DNA from: a virus
IMG/VR virus record: IMGVR_UViG_3300006051_000001
Coordinates: 22,982-86,981 of that record
Strand: one strand, 5' to 3'
DNA length: 64,000 bases
Shown here: one piece after another, positions 56,704 through 64,000 of the stretch
Layout: each line of letters opens with the position of its first letter
How positions within the stretch are numbered: the stretch's first letter is position 1
Notes under the pieces: model-generated
Told to the model about the DNA's origin: nothing
The model's database searches: none
What the model saw: the letters and a program-made list of their open reading frames with translations, nothing else
Program-made: the position numbers and the translations under genes

Positions 56704-57129
56704 ATGAGTACATTGATTCCGGAGCGTTTCTACACGCACCGAACTCTGGGCAAGATGTCGCTGTTCATCATGACCAAGTACGACGGGAAGAACGCAGACA
56801 AGATCGAAGCTATGCTTACGAACCTGTGCCCTCAGTACTCGGGTAATATCAAGAGCGGTTTCAATCTGCCTGATCGTCGCCTGTTCCTACACACCGGTGA
56901 TTATCTGACATTCTCGTACGCGACTGGATTCCAGGTGTTCAGCGAGAAAGAAATCGAACGTAACTTCAATAAAGAACCGATCCTTACTCGGCGAGCGACC
57001 TTCTGGTTGGCTGGGTTCGTAGTCGTGCTTGCTATCGTCGGAGCTGTTATCTGGCAGATGCACGACTACGGTATTGGTTGTCCAACTCCTGCCGACACTG
57101 GTCAGCAGGTAGGGTCTATCTTCAAATGA
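56704..57129 (+). CDS. Membrane-anchored protein (C-terminal TM)
   Basis: FWLAGFVVVLAIVGAVIW TM; ACACATTAC motif at 56652. Confidence 0.7.
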   Translation: MSTLIPERFYTHRTLGKMSLFIMTKYDGKNADKIEAMLTNLCPQYSGNIKSGFNLPDRRLFLHTGDYLTFSYATGFQVFSEKEIERNFNKEPILTRRATFWLAGFVVVLAIVGAVIWQMHDYGIGCPTPADTGQQVGSIFK

Positions 57130-57203
57130 TCGCAATCTTCTAAACACAGCGCTCATCGACGGAAACGTCGGTGGGCGTTCTTTACTGCCATACGGGAGGA
57201 TTT

Positions 57204-57575
57204 ATGCCTTACGACATAGTCAGGAAAAACCTGACGAGGTTGGGCACGTTGACCGGGGGTAAGTTAGGCGCCATCGACGTTATACGTGAACTGAAACAAG
57301 GTGGTCTGAGCATCTGGCTTTCTGAAGATGCGCTTAACTACACGCGTCACACGCTGCACGAGTACAAGTATGCTGAACAGGTAACTGATGAACGAATCAT
57401 TGTGTCTTGGTTGGATCTTCCCCCACACCAGATTGGTATTCGTAGTCACTTCTACCTGCAATCAGCTGCTGGCTTATTGATGTCCGCAATGAATGATTGG
57501 CCCATGGGCTTTCGTGCTTTAATGATTCGCCGAGCTGAACAATCCCTACAACTTTACGACAACATCGACTATTAG
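57204..57575 (+). CDS. Hypothetical protein
   Basis: GGAGG SD; 123 aa. Confidence 0.7.
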   Translation: MPYDIVRKNLTRLGTLTGGKLGAIDVIRELKQGGLSIWLSEDALNYTRHTLHEYKYAEQVTDERIIVSWLDLPPHQIGIRSHFYLQSAAGLLMSAMNDWPMGFRALMIRRAEQSLQLYDNIDY

Positions 57576-57586
57576 GAAAACATCGC

Positions 57587-58657
57587 ATGCCACGCACTAC
57601 CCCTACCACTTCTAAATCTGAAGTTAAGAAACCAGCCGCAGCTAAAGCTACTGTAAAGCCAGCTGTTAAACCCGCCGTTAAGCCTGCTGGCGCTAAACCT
57701 GGTCCTAAACCCGGCGCGAAGGCAGCAGCAGCTAAACCTGCCGTCAAAGAGCCTGTCCAGAAACCAACCCGCAACATCGGCGAAGTTGAAGTGGGTCTGA
57801 AGACCGAACTCGGCGCTCTACCGAAAGGTCTGACTGATGTCCTGCCGGAAGCCATGCTGGAAATCCTCGACAGCGTCAAGGGTGATGACAAGGTCGTCAA
57901 CTTCGGTGTCGGCACTCTGCCGAATGACCTCGGCTTTGTCCGCGTTTACGCCGAAGACAAACTGGTGACGATTACCGATCCAGAACATCTGCCGCGCGGG
58001 TGGGTCACTCTGGAATCGAACAAGACCCTCGGGTCGAAAGTGTTCTACATTCACACGACAAAACTGCCAGGTCACCCGCAAGAAGGCGAATACACCACAG
58101 CCCTGCGCAATGCGTACGACGTGGCAATCAGCGAAGCTCTGCGTGATGGTGGTTACAGCGATTACATCCCAGCCGCTGTTGCAACCATCGGTACTGTGGA
58201 AGAGTTCAATCCGATGCTGACTTCGATGGAACCTATGCATCGTCGCATGCGTCGTCTTGGCCCACCGCCACAGCAATATCTCGCTCGACCTATCGGCGAA
58301 CACTACAATCGTAACACCATGTCGGTATTGACCCGCAATGGTGAGACCGACTACATGTTCGTTCTCGACAACCTGATGGAAGTCAACACTTCCCGCGCCG
58401 CAGTCAATCAGGCAATCGAACGAGGCCATCAACTGGTGATCGTAACCATCGGTGAACGCAGTTTCACTGCCGCTGTGACTTTGGAAAGCTATCCAATCGC
58501 ACTCAGCACGTTGAACCAGACCCTGCTGCTCGAGTACCTCAACGATGCAGTACGTGCATTGTTGGTAACAGCGTGGTTTGACAAGATGATTACCGACGTG
58601 GTTGTCACCGAGTTCAATACCAAGTTCGCCTACGTCACAACCGCACCAACCGCTTAA
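57587..58657 (+). CDS. Protein with histone H1/AlgP-like KPAA-rich N-terminus
   Basis: KKPAAAKATVKPAVKPAVKPAGAKPGPKPGAKAAAAKPAVK followed by a globular region. Confidence 0.7.
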   Translation: MPRTTPTTSKSEVKKPAAAKATVKPAVKPAVKPAGAKPGPKPGAKAAAAKPAVKEPVQKPTRNIGEVEVGLKTELGALPKGLTDVLPEAMLEILDSVKGDDKVVNFGVGTLPNDLGFVRVYAEDKLVTITDPEHLPRGWVTLESNKTLGSKVFYIHTTKLPGHPQEGEYTTALRNAYDVAISEALRDGGYSDYIPAAVATIGTVEEFNPMLTSMEPMHRRMRRLGPPPQQYLARPIGEHYNRNTMSVLTRNGETDYMFVLDNLMEVNTSRAAVNQAIERGHQLVIVTIGERSFTAAVTLESYPIALSTLNQTLLLEYLNDAVRALLVTAWFDKMITDVVVTEFNTKFAYVTTAPTA

Positions 58658-58665
58658 CCGGTATA

Positions 58666-58692
58666 CCCCACGCCAGCAGTTAGGGCGTGGGG
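58666..58692 (+). terminator. GC hairpin
   Basis: CCCCACGCC / GGCGTGGGG stem, then an AT-rich intergenic stretch. Confidence 0.65.
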
Positions 58693-58749
58693 CTACATCT
58701 ACATTTTAATTTTTGTTTGCAGTAACTTTTATTAAGGGGAGTTTAATTA

Positions 58750-59556
58750 ATGGATACTCGAGTTCGCCACCGGCCTCAACTTGTCCACATCGTCAAGTAC
58801 AAGAAGACTGGCCATTACTTCATCGTTATCAGCGCCACTCAAACACTCAACCTCGACTCCATCATTAAGCGTGTCCACGATGCTGAAGCGATGGGGCCTA
58901 AACGAAGCGTCATCAACTGGCCGTTGAAAGACTTCGCCGATACTCACGCACCTGTTGTTCCTGCTGACTTTGAAGTCACCACAATGAACGGGACGTTTGA
59001 TACCAGTAAGGAAGCCGCTAAAGTCGCTACAGCGCTCGCGCAACTTGAACTCGGTACAAAGCTTCTGCTCAGCACTCAAGTCGTTGACAGGTCTGAATGG
59101 GAAGCTTATGCGCCGGCTAAAGAACGGGTGATTCGTCGTCAGTTCGAAAGAGCCAACATCGATAACCTCTCAGCACCAACGGCTGCCCTTACATGGTTCG
59201 GTGAGTTCAAGCGCTCTAATGTAGAGACAGGTATCGTCGTCTGCAAGAAAGGCGTAGAAGGTAGTCTCGTGATGTGGGCGGCTAACAGCTCATTCACGCT
59301 TCTGACGCCGGACGTTATCGAACAGTCGAATAAGTGCATTGCTGTCGAGAAGATCGTAATGATCTCCGTCTACCTCGATCTGGTATTCAAAGACACTCGC
59401 CGCTTCCATTCCGGTAACGTCATTAAGCCGATCAAGTTCGCTCACTTCGCACCTGATCTCGTTACAGCAATGTCTGAGCTTAAAGAGTATATCGCCGATG
59501 TCCGGAGAAGTCATACCGGCGATAGCGAATACCCGTCGTACAAGCATTGGGGCTAA
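58750..59556 (+). CDS. Hypothetical protein with possible degenerate GIY-YIG-like N-terminal domain
   Basis: VHIVKYKKTGHYFIVIS ... DFEVTT pattern; catalytic residues not evident. Confidence 0.45.
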   Translation: MDTRVRHRPQLVHIVKYKKTGHYFIVISATQTLNLDSIIKRVHDAEAMGPKRSVINWPLKDFADTHAPVVPADFEVTTMNGTFDTSKEAAKVATALAQLELGTKLLLSTQVVDRSEWEAYAPAKERVIRRQFERANIDNLSAPTAALTWFGEFKRSNVETGIVVCKKGVEGSLVMWAANSSFTLLTPDVIEQSNKCIAVEKIVMISVYLDLVFKDTRRFHSGNVIKPIKFAHFAPDLVTAMSELKEYIADVRRSHTGDSEYPSYKHWG

Positions 59557-59561
59557 GTGTC

Positions 59562-59843
59562 ATGGTTAGCCTCTCGCTGCAACTGTTCCGCGCAAGACAT
59601 TATTTCAAGATGCATGGCTTCCACGCTACATCCGAAGGACTACACGCCAAGATCGCTAGCAATGGCGTAAGGCAACGTGAGGTCAGTTTGTATACGTCTG
59701 AGTTCAAGACGTTGGCCTCTGAGAACTTCCAGCTGCGCAACTACGCCGAGGCGCTGGATGGGTTGAAACAATACGGCGTTACAATCGAACCCTGCCCAGA
59801 GCGGGGACTAAAAGCAATAACTGCACAGGGGACAGTAGAATGA
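59562..59843 (+). CDS. Hypothetical protein
   Basis: About 93 aa; start uncertain (59547 or 59562). Confidence 0.6.
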   Translation: MVSLSLQLFRARHYFKMHGFHATSEGLHAKIASNGVRQREVSLYTSEFKTLASENFQLRNYAEALDGLKQYGVTIEPCPERGLKAITAQGTVE

Positions 59844-60286
59844 GTAAGGTAAGCTTCCTTCCGCAACAAGTTGCATCTGGAATGTCGGTTCCGGTAAACA
59901 TGATCTCGCTGAACAGCCCGAACGATTTCACTCGGTTCTCTGTTGAGCACAAGCGTCTTCTGACGCTGAGTTTCTACCCGAACGACTATCAGGACATGGG
60001 TGATAAAGGCCCGACTGAAGCAACCGCCAAAGCGATCGTCGACTTCATCGATAGCTGTAATGGTGAAGACATCGTGGTTCATTGTGGTGAAGGTCGTATC
60101 CGTTCTGCTGCGGTGGCGAAGTTCATCTACCGATACTTCGATTACGATATGGACTGGGATGCTCCAGGATCTATCGGCACCACCGTCAACATGTCCAAAC
60201 ACCTCTACCGACTACTCGGTCGTTACTACGAGCCGATCAAGAAGGAACGTGAGGCAGCAGAACTGGCTAAGGAAGCTTCTGAATGA
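59840..60286 (+). CDS. CX5R (dual-specificity/PTP-like) phosphatase
   Basis: IVVHCGEGRIRSAAVA P-loop signature. Confidence 0.85.
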   Translation: MSKVSFLPQQVASGMSVPVNMISLNSPNDFTRFSVEHKRLLTLSFYPNDYQDMGDKGPTEATAKAIVDFIDSCNGEDIVVHCGEGRIRSAAVAKFIYRYFDYDMDWDAPGSIGTTVNMSKHLYRLLGRYYEPIKKEREAAELAKEASE

Positions 60287-60507
60287 TCATGTACTGGGTA
60301 GTAGCTGCAATCACGGGCGTTCTCTGCGCGCTGATCTACTGGACTGTCCACTGGTACTCCCATCGGGGTAAGCTGGGTAACTGGCGTACCTACGTGGGGT
60401 TCAAGGGTTGGTTGCGCTGGGGGTGGAAAGCTCGTTGGAACATGGTCGTACTGTTACTCGCTGTAGCTGTGTTGCACTGGGTGACGATGCCGAAAGATTT
60501 GATTTGA
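60283..60507 (+). CDS. Small membrane protein
   Basis: Two hydrophobic segments; Trp-rich. Confidence 0.7.
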   Translation: MIMYWVVAAITGVLCALIYWTVHWYSHRGKLGNWRTYVGFKGWLRWGWKARWNMVVLLLAVAVLHWVTMPKDLI

Positions 60508-60510
60508 CGG

Positions 60511-60547
60511 CATAGCGGCAGGGGGTGATTCCCCTGCCTTTTTTTTG
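60511..60547 (+). terminator. Intrinsic terminator
   Basis: CATAGC-GGCAGGGG-GTGATT-CCCCTGCC followed by T9. Confidence 0.88.
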
Positions 60548-60564
60548 TTAGTGTAGTTAACTTT

Positions 60565-60584
60565 ATTACAGTCATACATAGTCA
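60565..60584 (+). promoter_or_regulatory. Second copy of the TTACAGTCA.A.ATAGTCA motif
   Basis: Matches 47303-47322. Confidence 0.6.
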
Positions 60585-60625
60585 GCTTACATAAACTGTA
60601 TCATCAACGACCGTGGAGGTCTGTA

Positions 60626-61006
60626 ATGAGTATTGAATCCGCATTCAAAATTGGCCTCGGTGTAATCGGCCTTGGCATCGCTGCCGTAGGTTGTTATAAA
60701 TCGTACCAATCGTATCAGGAACAGAAGGACAAGACTGACCGCTCTCTCAAGGACTCTGATGAAAAGATCAAAGCAGCTCAAGCCAGAACTGAGCGGGCAC
60801 GTAAAGATGCTGAGGAAAGTATTCGCCGTACCGGTGAGTGGCGCAAAGCTGATCAAGCTCGTCACGAAGAAGTGATGGCTGGTTACCGTAAAGACCAAGA
60901 GGAGTTGGATCGCTACAACGCGTTCTACAGTGACCTGCTTACCGAACTGGAAGCTGGTCGCGTTACTCCAGACGAAATGATGAACCGCATTAAGAACTTT
61001 AAATAA
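60626..61006 (+). CDS. Signal-anchored coiled-coil protein
   Basis: N-terminal TM IGLGVIGLGIAAVG followed by a charged helix. Confidence 0.75.
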   Translation: MSIESAFKIGLGVIGLGIAAVGCYKSYQSYQEQKDKTDRSLKDSDEKIKAAQARTERARKDAEESIRRTGEWRKADQARHEEVMAGYRKDQEELDRYNAFYSDLLTELEAGRVTPDEMMNRIKNFK

Positions 61007-61033
61007 TAGCAATCGGCCGGGGAGGCCTTTTAC

Positions 61034-61717
61034 GTGAAAAAGAACGAACTGAAGAAACTATATAACGATTACTTGGTGCGTGAGAATCTGCAAGCCCAAG
61101 ATGCCGTTGTGGGTTTTGGTGGGGCTTTGGTAATGATGGGTCTTCGTAAGGAGACCAGTGATATCGATCTTGACGTGACTCCGTACTTCTACGAAGTCAA
61201 TCGTCGTCGTGGATATCCAACTCACGAAGGGATGTTCGGGAAATGCATTGATGTTAATGCGTACATCTCGCTTCACGCTGGCGTTACGTTTAAGCCTGTG
61301 TGTATCGATGGGGTTTACTGCCATGCTCCTGAAGCCCTCTTGGCTCTCAAGCGCAGGCTGACAATATACGTGGGTCGGTCACCTGAGAAGTTCGCCCAAG
61401 ACTTGGAGGATATCAAAGCCCTGGAGAAGCACATGGGAATTGGTCATCCTCAAATGGAGCGTCCTGTTCCGGGTAGTTCAGCTGATCTCCTGATGGGTAT
61501 GCAACTTAACCATCTGGAAGAACTTTACTACGAGCGTCTTCTGCGCCACCATTGGAACTTCCGCTCCGGTATGAAGTACCAACAAGATCTGAAGACCGAT
61601 CGACTGCTATCGGAAGATGCGGCTAAGTGGAAAGGTAATTACCTCGTCCTACTGAACCGCTTCCGTTACCGTCATCGTAAGGAACAAGCAAAGCTGCAAC
61701 TGCAACAATCCGCTTGA
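61034..61717 (+). CDS. Pol-beta-superfamily nucleotidyltransferase
   Basis: GFGGALVMMGLRKETSDIDLDV (GG...DxD); LKRR...R..EK...DLEDI C-terminal helix. Confidence 0.75.
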   Translation: MKKNELKKLYNDYLVRENLQAQDAVVGFGGALVMMGLRKETSDIDLDVTPYFYEVNRRRGYPTHEGMFGKCIDVNAYISLHAGVTFKPVCIDGVYCHAPEALLALKRRLTIYVGRSPEKFAQDLEDIKALEKHMGIGHPQMERPVPGSSADLLMGMQLNHLEELYYERLLRHHWNFRSGMKYQQDLKTDRLLSEDAAKWKGNYLVLLNRFRYRHRKEQAKLQLQQSA

Positions 61718-61723
61718 GTGATC

Positions 61724-61745
61724 GGGGAGCTTCGGCTCCCCTTTG
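61724..61745 (+). terminator. Intrinsic terminator
   Basis: GGGGAGC-TTCG-GCTCCCC-TTT. Confidence 0.85.
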
Positions 61746-61782
61746 ACTTACCTTTTCTTTTGCCTAAATAAGAAGCCAACGT

Positions 61783-62334
61783 ATGTCTAAGAAAGCACGC
61801 ATCGCCATGATTCTGGCCTCCACGATCAATGGTGAGATCGGTTACAAGAACACCATCCCGTGGAAGCTGAAAGGCGATCTCCCGCGCTTCAAGGATCTAA
61901 CCACTGGTAACGTCCTGATCATGGGGCGCAGTAGCTACGAATCGCTTCCAGGTCCTCTGAAGGATCGGATCGTTATCGTCCTCACTCGTGATCCGGCATT
62001 CGCATCTGAAGTCCATGATCCAGAGAACAAGGTCTACAGCGCCAGCAGCCTTCCTGAGGCTATCGAGAACGCACGTTCGTTTAAGACCCCGATCATCTTC
62101 CTCGCTGGTGGCGCTTCGATCTACGAAGAAGGCATGGGGCTTGCAGACTACGTTTACCTGACGTTGGTTCACAAGTCCGCGCCGAAGTACGACACCCGCG
62201 TTAAGAACATGCGCTTCCCTGAAGACGTCTGGACGCAGGTCGAGTTCAAGCACGTATTCGAACCAGATGCTGAGTTCCCTGAACTCCGCGTCCCATCACA
62301 CACCTACCACACCTTTGAACGTATCGAGAAATAA
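61783..62334 (+). CDS. folA: Dihydrofolate reductase
   Basis: IGYKNTIPWKLKGDLPRFK, LIMGRSSYESL, R..IVLT, GGASIY and YLT motifs. Confidence 0.95.
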   Translation: MSKKARIAMILASTINGEIGYKNTIPWKLKGDLPRFKDLTTGNVLIMGRSSYESLPGPLKDRIVIVLTRDPAFASEVHDPENKVYSASSLPEAIENARSFKTPIIFLAGGASIYEEGMGLADYVYLTLVHKSAPKYDTRVKNMRFPEDVWTQVEFKHVFEPDAEFPELRVPSHTYHTFERIEK

Positions 62335-62343
62335 GGACATCCA

Positions 62344-63165
62344 ATGCTTAACATCCCTAGCTACCTGATTGACACCTGCTTTGCCTTTACCGGTAAAGGC
62401 TGGTATCCGCTCCACATGCTGGCCATGGAAACCAGTCCTAACCGTATCAACGTCATCGTTACGGTTGCTAACGTGAAGATGATGCCTCACAGCTTCCCGT
62501 TTGAGGTCATGACTTCTCAGGAGCTGAAGAAGCGCACTTTGTGGGAGCGCGTTAAACAGTTCTTCCTGAAGTTGGTCGGTAAGACGGATATCGAAACCCG
62601 TCCTGTTGATCCGGCCAAGCCTGAGTTCACCGTTGAATTCATGCCGCTCGAAGATCTGCTCGATGATCTGGCCAACAGTAAGGCTCGCGCCGCTGAGATC
62701 GCCAGCTACGCCGACGTGTCCAGCCAACTCTGGATGGGTAGTCCGTTTGAAGACGATCCTCGGTTTGCTCAGATGTACGAAGGTTTCCACAACCAACTGA
62801 TGGCTGCCGCTGCACTGGGCGTCAACTGGGTCGTGGTTGAAAGCGAGTACATCAATCAGGCGTTCTACCATCGGGACAACTTCCGTAAGCACGTCGAAGC
62901 TGTGGTGCGTTCCCGCTACGCCTTCTTCTGCAAGTCGGTCTGCTTTGACCTGACCCACGCTATCAGTTATCTGCCAGCGAATATTCAACCAACCGCCAGA
63001 GCGGTATTGGGGTATGAGCTTTACTCCCGCGCTGATGAAGCGAACCTGTTGGCGTACTGCAACCGCGTGACTGAGAATGGTCCTAAGGATCAGCATCTCT
63101 TCACCGAGGGCGTTACGAAGGTGTTCTGGGATATGTTGAATGAGTATCGGCTGCTCGTGAAGTAA
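62344..63165 (+). CDS. Hypothetical protein with internal amphipathic helix
   Basis: 273 aa; KKRTLWERVKQFFLKLVG. Confidence 0.72.
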   Translation: MLNIPSYLIDTCFAFTGKGWYPLHMLAMETSPNRINVIVTVANVKMMPHSFPFEVMTSQELKKRTLWERVKQFFLKLVGKTDIETRPVDPAKPEFTVEFMPLEDLLDDLANSKARAAEIASYADVSSQLWMGSPFEDDPRFAQMYEGFHNQLMAAAALGVNWVVVESEYINQAFYHRDNFRKHVEAVVRSRYAFFCKSVCFDLTHAISYLPANIQPTARAVLGYELYSRADEANLLAYCNRVTENGPKDQHLFTEGVTKVFWDMLNEYRLLVK

Positions 63166-63172
63166 CTGACGG

Positions 63173-63203
63173 CATACAGAGGCGGGGATTCCCGCCTCTT
63201 ATG
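63173..63203 (+). terminator. Hairpin of the CATA...TATG family
   Basis: CATAC-AGAGGCGGG-GATT-CCCGCCTCT-TATG. Confidence 0.8.
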
Positions 63204-63277
63204 TCATGCGCTATAAATAAATTCAGTAACACATTACACACTTGAATCCACAACAACATTAGGAGTCCTCAGCAATA

Positions 63278-63385
63278 ATGGATAAGCTACAAAGCTTTGC
63301 AAAGGTTGCAGTTACCGTACTAGGCTTGGCCGTCGCATTAGTGATGGTTAAGGTTGTAATCGAAATAGCACGCCACGGCGTTTAA
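63278..63385 (+). CDS. 35-aa membrane microprotein
   Basis: AGGAG SD; MDKLQSFAKVAVTVLGLAVALVMVKVVIEIARHGV; first gene after ACACATTAC at 63229; absent from the ORF track. Confidence 0.7.
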   Translation: MDKLQSFAKVAVTVLGLAVALVMVKVVIEIARHGV

Positions 63386-63407
63386 TATTGCAGATAGGAG
63401 TTAACAC

Positions 63408-63956
63408 ATGCTAAGTAAATCCCTTTACAACGAGGCTTGGGAACGAGTCTGTCGTGAACAAGTTGATCTTGTTCCAGTAGCTTTCTGTAATTACAAGGTC
63501 GCCATTGACGATGCGATGGTCATCGCCAAAGCAACTACCCATGCCGACGGCAAGCAGTTCATTGGACGTCGCTTGGCTGGCGAGTGGGAAGAAGGCCGTT
63601 ACATCCTGTTCCAAGGGAAGTACGGCACCATCGTGGTCTGCTGGAAGACTAACGATGACACTGGAGTCTGGTTGGTCAAGTCTCCGGAATACGAATTCAC
63701 CGGATTCGCTGACTATATTCAGCACGTCCGGGACCTTGAAGCTATGATTGTCGAAGCAGTAGCATTCGGCTTCAAGCTTGAAGGGGTAACATTCTGGTAC
63801 GACAGCACTTACCGCAAGATCACCAAACGGGAAACTCCGGGTAACTTCGATTCGCTGCGCGTTATGCAGCGGTTGATGGCAACGATTAAGCCCGGCCTCG
63901 ATGTACTCAAACGTCTACACCAACCTTTCGCTGAATCAGTAGGAGAAGCTGCATGA
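63408..63956 (+). CDS. Hypothetical protein
   Basis: AGGAG SD; 182 aa. Confidence 0.72.
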   Translation: MLSKSLYNEAWERVCREQVDLVPVAFCNYKVAIDDAMVIAKATTHADGKQFIGRRLAGEWEEGRYILFQGKYGTIVVCWKTNDDTGVWLVKSPEYEFTGFADYIQHVRDLEAMIVEAVAFGFKLEGVTFWYDSTYRKITKRETPGNFDSLRVMQRLMATIKPGLDVLKRLHQPFAESVGEAA

Positions 63957-64000
63957 GCATTGCACAACAAAACCACGAAGCGCTGGCTACCCTGAAGAAG
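63953..64000 (+). CDS. 3'-partial hypothetical protein
   Basis: ATGA overlap; AGGAG SD; MSIAQQNHEALATLKK... Confidence 0.6.
   Translation, partial: MSIAQQNHEALATLKK

Noticed and set aside
1-64000. tRNA genes, CRISPR array, transposase or integrase
   Set aside because: No cloverleaf, no regularly spaced repeat-spacer pattern and no such motifs seen by eye; tRNAscan-SE and CRISPR finders would confirm.

Overview
64 kb of a phiKZ-like, nucleus-forming jumbo phage (Chimalliviridae-type), roughly 52-53% GC by eye. The host is probably a Pseudomonas, because the window carries a near-host-identical AmrZ DNA-binding domain. 1-45.7 kb is core genome: the non-virion RNAP sigma-like (gp68-like), beta and beta-prime subunits, a PicA/Imp1-position gene, an SF2 helicase, a virion RNAP beta-prime subunit, the N-terminal half of a split family-B DNA polymerase, baseplate genes and a family of protease-processed internal head proteins. 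45.8-64 kb is accessory: a DarG-like macrodomain, a LigA OB/Zn fragment, AmrZ, ThyA, a 2OG-Fe(II) oxygenase, a CX5R phosphatase, a nucleotidyltransferase, DHFR and membrane microproteins. Strongest new signals: (1) an accessory ORF (53150-53989) carrying pieces of the phage's own core enzymes, a PolB ExoIII fragment and a 12/15-identical RNAP bridge-helix peptide; (2) two candidate programmed -1 frameshifts, at 18041 and 31863; (3) a LigA-OB-Zn plus DarG-macrodomain gene pair; (4) an early-promoter-driven AmrZ chimera; (5) a shared C-terminal GW motif on three nucleus-associated proteins. phiKZ gp numbers come from recalled synteny and motifs, not from database searches. No tRNA, CRISPR array or intron was seen.
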